DNA of 64,000 nt. Origin: an uncultured Methanosarcinales archaeon (GTDB taxonomy: Archaea; Nanobdellota; Nanobdellia; Woesearchaeales; ARS49). Positions 38,165 through 46,489 of the stretch are shown piece after piece. Where the stretch lies: the NCBI GenBank assembly GCA_964637115.1, contig CAZWVL010000002.1:32001-96000 (forward strand), written 5' to 3'. A program made the position numbers and the translations under genes. Each line of letters begins with the position of its first letter. The first letter of the stretch is position 1. Under the pieces are notes generated by a model. It was not told the origin of the DNA and did no database searches. It saw only the letters and a list, made by a program, of their open reading frames with translations.

Positions 38165-40009
38165 TTATGCCAATCTGCCAAAAAATCTCGCTATCTCCTC
38201 TTCATAATCAACCGTAATGTTCATCTCCCATTCTGGAGGGAAGCAGGACTTGTAACGCGGCCAGGCATAACGCTCGTCAAGGAATACAAGAATACCGCGG
38301 TCAGTTTCAGAACGGATGCACCTGCCGGCATTCTGAATGCAGCGCGTCATTGCTGGTAGAATATAGCCGTACTCCCAGCCTTTGCCGAATTTTTTGTCGT
38401 AATATGAAATTAATTCGGTTGTTTCAAGGTCTGGTCTGTCCAAAGGAAGGCCGACAACAATCACGCCCTTGATGATTCCTGGCAGGTCAATGCCCTCGCC
38501 AAAAGAACCGGCAGCAACTGCCATCAAAGCGCCCTTTGAAATTGAAAATTTGTCAAGCAGTTTCTGCTTTTCTTCCTTGTCCAAGCCTGGAGATTCGTAT
38601 AAAATGGATTTTTTGTATTCCTCAGCAAAAAAATGAGCGACTTCATCTCTCACCTTGTAGCTTGGGAAGAACAACATAACACAGCCAGGCACTTTGTTTG
38701 CAATATCGGCACAAACAGAAGCGATCTCCCTATACTGGCGTTCGCTTCTAAGAGTGAATTTTGTAGTAGTTCTTGGAATAATAAGTGAAAGCCTGTTATG
38801 CTCTGGAAAAGGGCTTGGGAATGATTTGTTAACTGCCTTCTGCAGCCCAAGAACATCAGCATACATTGAAGTAGGACTTAAAGTGCCGGACATAACAACA
38901 GAACTGTAACAGTTATCAAACACGTCTTTTGTAAGAATGGCAGGGTCAAGACAGCGAATGCTGAGCATAACAAACATATCCTTTCTTGAAATAATTCTGG
39001 CAGAGCCAGAACTGTCGATTTTCCACTCTTCCAAGAATTTTGCAACACTGCCGATGTGGGAAATCTTTTGGTCTTCCCTCACCATTTCAGCCGCCAAATC
39101 AAGCTCGGCAACAATCTCGTCATAAGGCCTGAATTTGTTCAACGGATCAATAAACTGCTCTTTCTTGATGAGCTTTTCATCTTTCAAATTATCGCTCAGC
39201 TTGTTCAATGCGTCCTGAATTTCAACCAAGTCTGAAACAGCGTCTTCGATGTTGTATTTTTTTGCTTCCTGAATGGCCTGTTTCATCAGCTTATTTGACA
39301 AACGGAAAGTCAAAAGGTCGCGGACTCTTGCCGGCAGATTGTGGCCTTCATCAACAATCACAATTGCCTGCTCAAGTTTTTTCTTTATCTTGCCAAACAA
39401 GGCTTCCCTGATGTGCGGGTTAAAAAGATAGAAATAATCGCACACGATTACCTTACTATCTTCTGCCAACATCAAACTCATTTCGTAAGGACAGACTTTT
39501 TCCTGAATGCATTTCATCATAACAGTCTCGGTAGGCAGGGGCGCATCTGCTTTTAAGTCCGCCAATACTTTCTGCGCAACAAAATTCACTTTACCGCGCG
39601 CATTTGTGTAAAATTCACATTGATTGCCCTCAACCATTGACTTGCAGTATTCTGAAAAGTCGCCGGAAGGCAGGTTCTGCACGTTTTCCTGCGCACACAT
39701 CCACTTCTTGCCTATCAGGCTGGCGACGGCAAAGTGCATGTTGTTCTTCTCCATCACTTTCCTTGCAGTCTCAAGCACAATCTTGTGCTGAGTATGCCTT
39801 GAAGTCAAGAAGAAAACTGTCAAGTCGCGCTGCAATGCCAGGTCTAATGCAGGACAGAGCACTGCAGCGGTTTTACCCAGGCCAGTTGGAGCGTGTACGA
39901 GCACGTTTTTCTTCTCTTTCAATGCTTTCGTAACTGTTTCAACCAGCTCCTTCTGACTCGGACGTATTTCATCATGAGAAAATAACATTTCTTCCCCGTT
40001 TTTCATCAA
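38165..40009 (-). CDS. xpd: XPD/Rad3-like Fe-S DNA helicase
   Basis: HAPTGLGKT, four Fe-S Cys, CDYFY, VDEGHN, SGTL, EGIDLP and QNAGRCIRS motifs. Confidence 0.92.
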   Translation of the reverse strand: MMKNGEEMLFSHDEIRPSQKELVETVTKALKEKKNVLVHAPTGLGKTAAVLCPALDLALQRDLTVFFLTSRHTQHKIVLETARKVMEKNNMHFAVASLIGKKWMCAQENVQNLPSGDFSEYCKSMVEGNQCEFYTNARGKVNFVAQKVLADLKADAPLPTETVMMKCIQEKVCPYEMSLMLAEDSKVIVCDYFYLFNPHIREALFGKIKKKLEQAIVIVDEGHNLPARVRDLLTFRLSNKLMKQAIQEAKKYNIEDAVSDLVEIQDALNKLSDNLKDEKLIKKEQFIDPLNKFRPYDEIVAELDLAAEMVREDQKISHIGSVAKFLEEWKIDSSGSARIISRKDMFVMLSIRCLDPAILTKDVFDNCYSSVVMSGTLSPTSMYADVLGLQKAVNKSFPSPFPEHNRLSLIIPRTTTKFTLRSERQYREIASVCADIANKVPGCVMLFFPSYKVRDEVAHFFAEEYKKSILYESPGLDKEEKQKLLDKFSISKGALMAVAAGSFGEGIDLPGIIKGVIVVGLPLDRPDLETTELISYYDKKFGKGWEYGYILPAMTRCIQNAGRCIRSETDRGILVFLDERYAWPRYKSCFPPEWEMNITVDYEEEIARFFGRLA

Positions 40010-40066
40010 ATGTAAGTCGTTTATATGCTTATCGCAAGAATTTTTAAATAGTTGTTCAAATATGCA

Positions 40067-40096
40067 CGATAAAATGCGGTTTTATCGACGATAAAA
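40067..40096. promoter_or_regulatory. Putative operator made of three CGATAAAA half-sites
   Basis: CGATAAAA-TGCGG-TTTTATCG-A-CGATAAAA lies between the divergent xpd and wHTH genes. Confidence 0.5.
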
Positions 40097-40164
40097 TCGC
40101 GGCTACGAAACATTTAAATATATATTCAAATACAATGATTACATAATCATTCGGGGTGGGTCTC

Positions 40165-40437
40165 GTGAATAAAAACAAGGAAATATTCAAAACATTCTTC
40201 CGTGAGAAACCAGCCATGATGCTGGTCGAGTTAAGAAACGCCAAAAGCGAAGTGTATGCAAGCTCTTTGGCAAAAACAATCGACTGCACATATTCGCACG
40301 TTGTGAAAATACTTCAGGAAATGGAAACTGAAGGCTTGGTTAACTTTGACAAGCAAGGCAGATTAAAATTGCTAACCTTAACAAAGAAGGGAACTGATGT
40401 CGCATTAAGGATTGACGATATCAGAGGACTTCTCTAA
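40165..40437 (+). CDS. Winged-helix (MarR-like) transcription factor
   Basis: YASSLAKTIDCTYSHVVKILQEMETEGLV...GRLKLLTLTKKG, with a GGGGTG SD before the GTG at 40165. Confidence 0.85.
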   Translation: MNKNKEIFKTFFREKPAMMLVELRNAKSEVYASSLAKTIDCTYSHVVKILQEMETEGLVNFDKQGRLKLLTLTKKGTDVALRIDDIRGLL

Positions 40438-40574
40438 TTCTTTTATTTTTCGTTTGTTGATTTTTCGTCGAAAGATTTATAAACAACCCTCTTGGAATTC
40501 AGTTTGTTCAAGAGACAAGTCGGTGATGAGCTTGCTTGTACTGGCGACAGATATTTTCTTGAACGGAGAATACT

Positions 40575-41030
40575 ATGGCAAAGATGCACTCACGTGCCCG
40601 CGGAAATGCAGGCAGCAAGAAACCATTGAAAGTAAGCATGCCAACCTGGGCGCGCTACAAACCAAAAGAAATCGAATTACTTGTGGGCAAGTTCGCAAAA
40701 GAAGGGAAAACCTCAAGTGAGATAGGCATCATACTCAGAGATAGCTACGGCGTGCCAAGCGTTAAATTGCTTACGGGCAAACGCCTGCAGGAGATCCTGG
40801 CAGAGAAAAAGCAGGCCCCAAAACTGCCGGAAGATTTAATGGCGCTAATGAAGAACTCTGTGCTCATCAGAAAACACATAGAAGCCAATCCACAAGACAT
40901 GACTGCCGTGCGAGGAATACAGCTGACAGAAAGCAAGATCAAGCGTCTTTCAAAATACTACAAGGAAGTCGGCAAGCTTGCACTAGACTGGAAATACGAT
41001 CCAAAAGCAGTCAAGATCTACACCGAATAA
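40575..41030 (+). CDS. rps15: 30S ribosomal protein uS15 (archaeal S15/S13e)
   Basis: MAKMHSRARG, SEIGIILRDSYGVP, LPEDL and ESKIKRLSKYY motifs. Confidence 0.97.
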   Translation: MAKMHSRARGNAGSKKPLKVSMPTWARYKPKEIELLVGKFAKEGKTSSEIGIILRDSYGVPSVKLLTGKRLQEILAEKKQAPKLPEDLMALMKNSVLIRKHIEANPQDMTAVRGIQLTESKIKRLSKYYKEVGKLALDWKYDPKAVKIYTE

Positions 41031-41070
41031 GCGCAAGGTTTTTAAGTAACGACTATACGGTAGTACTCTT

Positions 41071-41787
41071 ATGGGGGGCAGATATATCTTCATTTTATTT
41101 CTTATTTTCCTCGTAGCCTGCCAGCCATATATCCAGACAGTGCCTACGTCTCAACATCAAGGTGCAGTTGTTGTAGAACTTTCTGAAGCACAAACAGATT
41201 TGTGCGAAAACGTCACGTGTTCAGATGGTCAAGTCTGCAAAGATGGAAAGTGCGAATGCCAGAATGGCAAAAAATTGTGTGGCAATGAATGCATCGACAG
41301 TAAAGATTGCTGCAGCGGTAAAGACTGTGCTTCAGGAATCTGTGATGAAGGCGTCTGCGGTGAAGCGCCAGACTGCAGATACGGTGAAATTTTGAAAAAT
41401 GGCAAGTGCCAGTGCGCTGCTGATAAACTATACTGCAAAGAGCAAGACAAATGCATTGGCAGAAATGATTGCTGCGTGCACAGCCAGTGCGAAAGATTTG
41501 AAAGATGTGTGGAAACCAATTACCGCGTTTCACTCTGTGCAAAAGTTGACGAAAAAAAGATTTGCAAAATTGTTGCAGACAGAAACAGAACAGAGCTGTA
41601 TGAGATAAAAGAAAATACGTTCACAGTCGAGCCGCTTAGCTGGCTCAGTGATGGTAGTGTTGAATTAAACGTAAGCAATGAAACCATCCGCCTTGCAGGA
41701 AACGTAACAACGCAATACGGAAATGTGACGCTCTTCCAAGAAGGAATTGAAGTAACCGGCGGATTCTGCAAAGAAGATGAAGATTAA
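41071..41787 (+). CDS. Cys-rich lipoprotein
   Basis: Lipobox FLVAC and repeated C-x4/5-C-x2-G-x-C-x-C and CC modules. Confidence 0.8.
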   Translation: MGGRYIFILFLIFLVACQPYIQTVPTSQHQGAVVVELSEAQTDLCENVTCSDGQVCKDGKCECQNGKKLCGNECIDSKDCCSGKDCASGICDEGVCGEAPDCRYGEILKNGKCQCAADKLYCKEQDKCIGRNDCCVHSQCERFERCVETNYRVSLCAKVDEKKICKIVADRNRTELYEIKENTFTVEPLSWLSDGSVELNVSNETIRLAGNVTTQYGNVTLFQEGIEVTGGFCKEDED

Positions 41788-41793
41788 TTCTTA

Positions 41794-41866
41794 TAGCCCT
41801 GGGCGGATTCGAACCGCCGTCACAGGAGTCAGAGTCCCGTATACTTGACCGCTATACGACAGGGCT
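41794..41866 (-). tRNA. tRNA-Gln(CTG)
   Basis: A1-U72 acceptor AGCCCTG/CAGGGCT, anticodon arm CGGGA-CTCTGAC-TCCTG, TTCGAAT. Confidence 0.95.
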
Positions 41867-41891
41867 GTTGCTTGGAAAACGCCAAACACTG

Positions 41892-42269
41892 CTATTTAAA
41901 CTTTGCCTGCATCTTAGTGTATTTCAAAACGTCTTCAGAACGGAGCAATAAAGACACGGCAAGATAAGGCTCAACTTTCGTTAGCAGACCCTGGAAGTGT
42001 TTTTCTCCGCGTTCAGTAAGTTTTAATGATCTGCTGTCATAAGAAATGAGTTTTTTTGATTCCAAATCTTCCAAGTTCTTGTACATCGCGCGTTCGCCCT
42101 TGCTAACCATTCCGGCAGCACGGGCAAGCTCGATAAAAGATTTCTTGGACATTTGCACAACAAGCGGTTTACCTGCAAAACGCCTATCACACTCCTCATA
42201 ACAACGCCCCAGCGCGAACAGGACAAACGCCTGCGGCTTTGACAACCCCATACCAGAAATAGTGCTCAT
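41892..42269 (-). CDS. Winged-helix hypothetical protein
   Basis: MYKNLEDLESKKLISY...LKLTERG wHTH-like pattern. Confidence 0.65.
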   Translation of the reverse strand: MSTISGMGLSKPQAFVLFALGRCYEECDRRFAGKPLVVQMSKKSFIELARAAGMVSKGERAMYKNLEDLESKKLISYDSRSLKLTERGEKHFQGLLTKVEPYLAVSLLLRSEDVLKYTKMQAKFK

Positions 42270-42725
42270 TTAACTTATAAATCTTGCTGCCAACCAGATG
42301 CTGATGCCGCCAATGATAACGCCCAAAATCAATCCGCCAAGAACATCATTTACGTCATGACGCTTCGTCATAACTCGCGATACAGCAACTGCAACAGCAG
42401 CCAATGCAAACAAAGGCGTGAGCCAGAAGTTCTCAAAAAATGCGCTTAAAATAGTGGCCAGCACAGCGGCACGCATTGCGTGAAGACTGGGAAAGCTTGA
42501 CGCGTCAATCTTTTCAACAATGTTTCTGTATGTTTGTTTGTCAGGACGCCTTTTGAAATAAACAAGACGAATAAAAAAAGTGACTGCATAAGCAAGAATC
42601 AGACCAATAATCAGTTGATATGCAAGTGCATTTTTCTGCAGCAGGAAAGATATGACAATAATAACTACAAAGAACGGAACGCCGCTCAGTCCCTTGATGT
42701 CCTGCCACAATTCTTCTTTGTACAT
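42270..42725 (-). CDS. PAP2 family phosphatase
   Basis: KRRP, SFPSLHA and SRVMTKRHDVNDV motifs. True start MYKEEL; the track ORF runs through the tRNA. Confidence 0.88.
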   Translation of the reverse strand: MYKEELWQDIKGLSGVPFFVVIIVISFLLQKNALAYQLIIGLILAYAVTFFIRLVYFKRRPDKQTYRNIVEKIDASSFPSLHAMRAAVLATILSAFFENFWLTPLFALAAVAVAVSRVMTKRHDVNDVLGGLILGVIIGGISIWLAARFIS

Positions 42726-42737
42726 ATAGCCTCGACA

Positions 42738-42810
42738 TAGCCCCGACCGGATTCGAACCGGTGTCAACGGGTCCAAAGCCCGCTATACTTGACCGCTGTA
42801 CGACGGGGCT
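42738..42810 (-). tRNA. tRNA-Gln(TTG)
   Basis: Acceptor AGCCCCG/CGGGGCT, anticodon arm GCGGG-CTTTGGA-CCCGT. Confidence 0.95.
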
Positions 42811-42840
42811 GTATAGTACACAGAAAGCCCCGACAGTAAC

Positions 42841-43602
42841 TTATAAAGATTTCTGCTGTTTAAGTGCTTCTTCTTCAAGAAAATGCAGACTTCCCGGCAC
42901 AATTAACGCGTGCGGGGCAGGACCAAAGTCAGCATCTGAGACTTGTGTAACAGTGCCCGCAACAATCTTCTGGTCTTTTGCGCCCAAGCGGGCAACGCCA
43001 ACACACCAGTCTTTCGGCATGAAAACACCTTCTTTGCGGTTTCTTTCAATTTTTCTGAGGACTTCGATAGCTTCATTGACTGACATAAATTTATCATTTT
43101 CTGGGTCGAGATCGAGAAGAACTAATGTGTGCGCGCCAATAGACTTGTTTTCCTTGATGACATTATAGAAAGTTTCTGGCTCAAAATTTTCTCTTGGAAA
43201 CGGAATGCTGGTAGTTTTTCCAAACTTGTAAACTTGGAGACCTGTGGAGCCAATAGCGTTAATGACTGAAGCATTATGAATAACTTCGGTCTTAATTTTC
43301 TGTTCTTTTGCTCTCTGCAGAATATCCCAATGAGTTGTTGCGCACAAAGGATCCCCGATAATCAAGAGTGCAACATCCTGTTTTTTTGCCTCAGCAAGAA
43401 TCTGGGAGGCATCTTCAACTAGCTGACGATTTGCTAATTCAATCTTCTTGCCATATAGCTTTTCGAGATCTTTCACGCTGCAGGCGAGTTTTGAAGTGTA
43501 TGATTCCAGGTAGAGCTTGCCGCATTTCTTCACTACTTCCAGACCTTTCACAGTAATGTCTTTCTCGTCTGAAAGGCCGAGGCCGATTAGGTAGAGTGTC
43601 AT
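42841..43602 (-). CDS. dph5: Diphthine synthase
   Basis: LIGLGLSDEKDITVKG, YLESYTS, GDPLCATTH, YKFGKTTSIP and HTLVLLD motifs. Confidence 0.95.
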   Translation of the reverse strand: MTLYLIGLGLSDEKDITVKGLEVVKKCGKLYLESYTSKLACSVKDLEKLYGKKIELANRQLVEDASQILAEAKKQDVALLIIGDPLCATTHWDILQRAKEQKIKTEVIHNASVINAIGSTGLQVYKFGKTTSIPFPRENFEPETFYNVIKENKSIGAHTLVLLDLDPENDKFMSVNEAIEVLRKIERNRKEGVFMPKDWCVGVARLGAKDQKIVAGTVTQVSDADFGPAPHALIVPGSLHFLEEEALKQQKSL

Positions 43603-43700
43603 ATGAGAAAAATGCCTATTGGCCGTTTAAAAACATTACTGAAAATGTCGGCAATTCACATTGTCGAGCACCTTTTCTCGCTATCGCTCAAAAAGGAAAG

Positions 43701-43728
43701 AAAAAAAGAACCCCCCCAACCGGGAGGG
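43701..43728 (-). terminator. Hairpin plus U-tract downstream of ftsZ
   Basis: Minus strand CCCTCCC-GGTT-GGGGGGG-TTC-T7; the G-U wobble works only on the minus strand. Confidence 0.55.
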
Positions 43729-43806
43729 CCAAGGGTCTTATTGCCTTCAAGCTGCGCGTTAGCGCATGGGGGTGGTATGAATGAAGGCAGAGAAACACCC
43801 GAGATC

Positions 43807-44874
43807 TTAACGGATGATTTCGATGCCTAATTCGTCACTAACCTGACGAGCGGCAACCGAATGCCTATCCGGCGTTGACTTGCCAACAATGCTTGTGCTC
43901 TTCACGCCAGTGATGATAGTCATAACCATCAATTTGCCCTTCATGTCATCTGAGACTCTTGCGCCCCAGATAACGTTTGCATCCTCGTCCAAGGATTCGG
44001 TAACAAGCTCACCAACATGGTTGATTTCTTCCAACGTCATGTCAGGACCGCCCCAGACGTGAATCAAGGCACCTGTTGCGCCAGTGTAGTTTATGTCAAG
44101 CAATGGGTTTTCCAAAGCGCCTTTGCAGGCTTCTTCAACTCTGTTTGTAGTATCTGAGCTTCCAACACCAATGGCTGCAACGCCGCCGTTGGTCATGATG
44201 GCTTTTACGTCTGCAAAGTCCAAGTTGACCAATGAAGGAATTGCAATAGTTTCAACAATTCCCTTAATCATTGTGGCAACAAGTTCGTTTGCAACAGCAA
44301 ATGCCTGCTGAACCGGCAGATTACCTGCAATCTGAACCAATCTGTTGTTGTCGATAACAATAACAGTGTCAGAAGCCTTCCTTAATTGTTCAAGCCCGTG
44401 CTCGGCCTTCTCGATTCTTGCACGTTCAATGTTGAAAGGCATTGTAACAGTACCAATCACAATTGCACCCATGTCCTTGCACAATTGTGCGGTAACAGGA
44501 GCAGAACCAGTACCAGTTCCGCCACCCATACCTGCGCATACAAACACCATGTCCGCACCCTTCAGGGCAGTTTTCAACTCAGTAATAGATTCCTGAGCAG
44601 CTTCAGCCCCTTTCTGCGGGAAGCCTCCACAGCCAAGACCTCTTGTCAATTCTTTTCCGATGATGAACTTCTTATCAGCTTCACTAATCTTCAAATGCTG
44701 ATGATCTGTGTTGACTGCAATAATTTCTGCGCCCTTAATTCCGCGCTTGTAGAGCCAGGTAACCATATTGTTGCCTGCCCCACCGCAACCAATAACCTTG
44801 ATATTTGCCTGACCAACAGCCAGACCCTCAAAAGTAGTTTCGTTTTTTTGCGCGTTTTCAACCAAAAATTCCAT
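43807..44874 (-). CDS. ftsZ: Cell division protein FtsZ
   Basis: GCGGAGNN, AVNTD, GGGTGTG and VNLDFADV motifs. Confidence 0.97.
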   Translation of the reverse strand: MEFLVENAQKNETTFEGLAVGQANIKVIGCGGAGNNMVTWLYKRGIKGAEIIAVNTDHQHLKISEADKKFIIGKELTRGLGCGGFPQKGAEAAQESITELKTALKGADMVFVCAGMGGGTGTGSAPVTAQLCKDMGAIVIGTVTMPFNIERARIEKAEHGLEQLRKASDTVIVIDNNRLVQIAGNLPVQQAFAVANELVATMIKGIVETIAIPSLVNLDFADVKAIMTNGGVAAIGVGSSDTTNRVEEACKGALENPLLDINYTGATGALIHVWGGPDMTLEEINHVGELVTESLDEDANVIWGARVSDDMKGKLMVMTIITGVKSTSIVGKSTPDRHSVAARQVSDELGIEIIR

Positions 44875-45289
44875 GTTTTTTATCCCCCCGTTTTGCGGTG
44901 TGTGTTTTACTCCCCCCTGGTAACAGATAAAAATTAAATATAGGGAGCACTAACTGCTATCCAGAAGGTGTTGTAATCGCGCCAACGATTTTAACATCTA
45001 GTTTAACAGAACAAATACATTATACGAACGATGCGTCCAAGTCGTCGCCAAACGATTTGAACACGCCAAAACCATATACCAACTTTCCGCCAAGAAAGTT
45101 ATTAATTTTTCTTTCAGCTTTATGGCATTTATAAACATTGCTATGAAGGAAACTATGTATTGCAGTGGTGAAGTATTGAAAAAAATTCTTTATTGACGAT
45201 AAAAAGCTCAGAAAAAAGTGTTGCTACTCTGATGTGAAAAATTCATTTTTCGTCACCTGTGGCAGATGATATCGACGAGAATTGAGAAA

Positions 45290-45922
45290 TTATTGCTGCA
45301 TTCTTCTCGCAAAACCTTTTACTAATTCCTTGCCTTTCTTGATGGCTTTTTGCACGTGCTCGCCATACCATTCATAATATGCAGCAAGGTCCTTTATCCT
45401 GTTGCCCCAGCCTTCAATGTAAGTAACATTTTCCATCGTGTAACGCAACGGCATAGGAACTTTCTCATCAGGATAACCAAGAGGAACAATTGCCTGAACA
45501 AAGACATCGTCAGGAATGTTGAAAATTCGTTTGATTGCCTCATCCTCAAATGCTCCAATCCAGCAGCTGCCCAAACCTTCAGCATGAGCTGCAAGCAGCA
45601 TGTTCTGGACAACAGCAGCACCATTCTGAATGCTGTACTTTTCACCTGACCTGCCATAAAAACGTTTGGTTCTTTCAGGCTCAGTGCAGACTATGATAAT
45701 AATGGGAGCGGTTGCAAGCCAATACTGCTCGACACAAGCTTTTGCCACTTCCTGCCGCATTTTTTCCTCTGTAACGAGAATGAATTTCCAATCCTGCAAG
45801 TTGCCCGCGCTTGGAGCAAACCTGCCTGCATCCAGAACATTGCCTACTTTTTCAAACTCAACAGGAATGTCCAAGAATTTACGAATACTCCTTCTCGTTG
45901 CAATGCACTCAAGCGCGTCCAT
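45290..45922 (-). CDS. Nitroreductase family protein
   Basis: TRRSIRKF, APSAGNLQDWKF, QNMLLAAHAEGLGSCWIG and PLGYP motifs. Confidence 0.92.
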   Translation of the reverse strand: MDALECIATRRSIRKFLDIPVEFEKVGNVLDAGRFAPSAGNLQDWKFILVTEEKMRQEVAKACVEQYWLATAPIIIIVCTEPERTKRFYGRSGEKYSIQNGAAVVQNMLLAAHAEGLGSCWIGAFEDEAIKRIFNIPDDVFVQAIVPLGYPDEKVPMPLRYTMENVTYIEGWGNRIKDLAAYYEWYGEHVQKAIKKGKELVKGFARRMQQ

Positions 45923-45988
45923 TATGTTCCTCTTTTTGCACGATAAACGGTTATACCATATTTAAACTTTTGTAGAAGAGAAAAAAAG

Positions 45989-46489
45989 CTACTTCTGCGC
46001 TGCCTTCATGGCAGCTTCTGCCTGCTTCATCATCTCGCTCATATCCTGGAATTGGACATCTGAGGGCGGAGTAAACATCGACTCGTCAAAGCTAGCAGTT
46101 TCGCACTTGACATTCTGCTGAGCAGCAACGATTTCTTCCTGCGTCTTTGGCCTTAGTTGCTGGCCTGCCTGTTGAGACAAACGCTTGACTTCTTCCATTT
46201 TCATCATCATACCTTCGGTGCCTTTCCACGTGTACATCGTGTCTTCTGTGTAGATGCCGTGAGCATCGGCAGGCAGGGTATCCATGCGCATCTTGCTGCC
46301 CTTCATATGGATAGTAACACGCTGGTCAGCTTGTTCAGAGACGCACTTAACCGGCTTGCCTAATTTCGTCGCCATAGCTATGTCAACAACTTCTGCTTTT
46401 GCTATTGGTTCAGGTGCTGTTTCCTGCTTCACTGCAGGCTTTGCACACGCGATCAAGAATATCATCAAAACGAAAATCTGCCATTTCAT
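45989..46489 (-). CDS. Hypothetical lipoprotein
   Basis: Lipobox FLIAC and beta-rich KGSKMRMD...MYTW...FTPPSDVQF. Confidence 0.7.
   Translation of the reverse strand: MKWQIFVLMIFLIACAKPAVKQETAPEPIAKAEVVDIAMATKLGKPVKCVSEQADQRVTIHMKGSKMRMDTLPADAHGIYTEDTMYTWKGTEGMMMKMEEVKRLSQQAGQQLRPKTQEEIVAAQQNVKCETASFDESMFTPPSDVQFQDMSEMMKQAEAAMKAAQK

Noticed and set aside
42726-42776. N-terminal extension of PAP2 (MDPLTPVRIR...), and similar track ORFs at 56582 and 50992-51321
   Set aside because: These frames run through tRNA genes; better starts exist downstream or the ORFs are spurious.
44875-45289. cdrS-like ribbon-helix-helix gene upstream of ftsZ
   Set aside because: The only minus-strand ATG ORF I traced was 25 aa with no RHH pattern. 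Not all frames were examined exhaustively.
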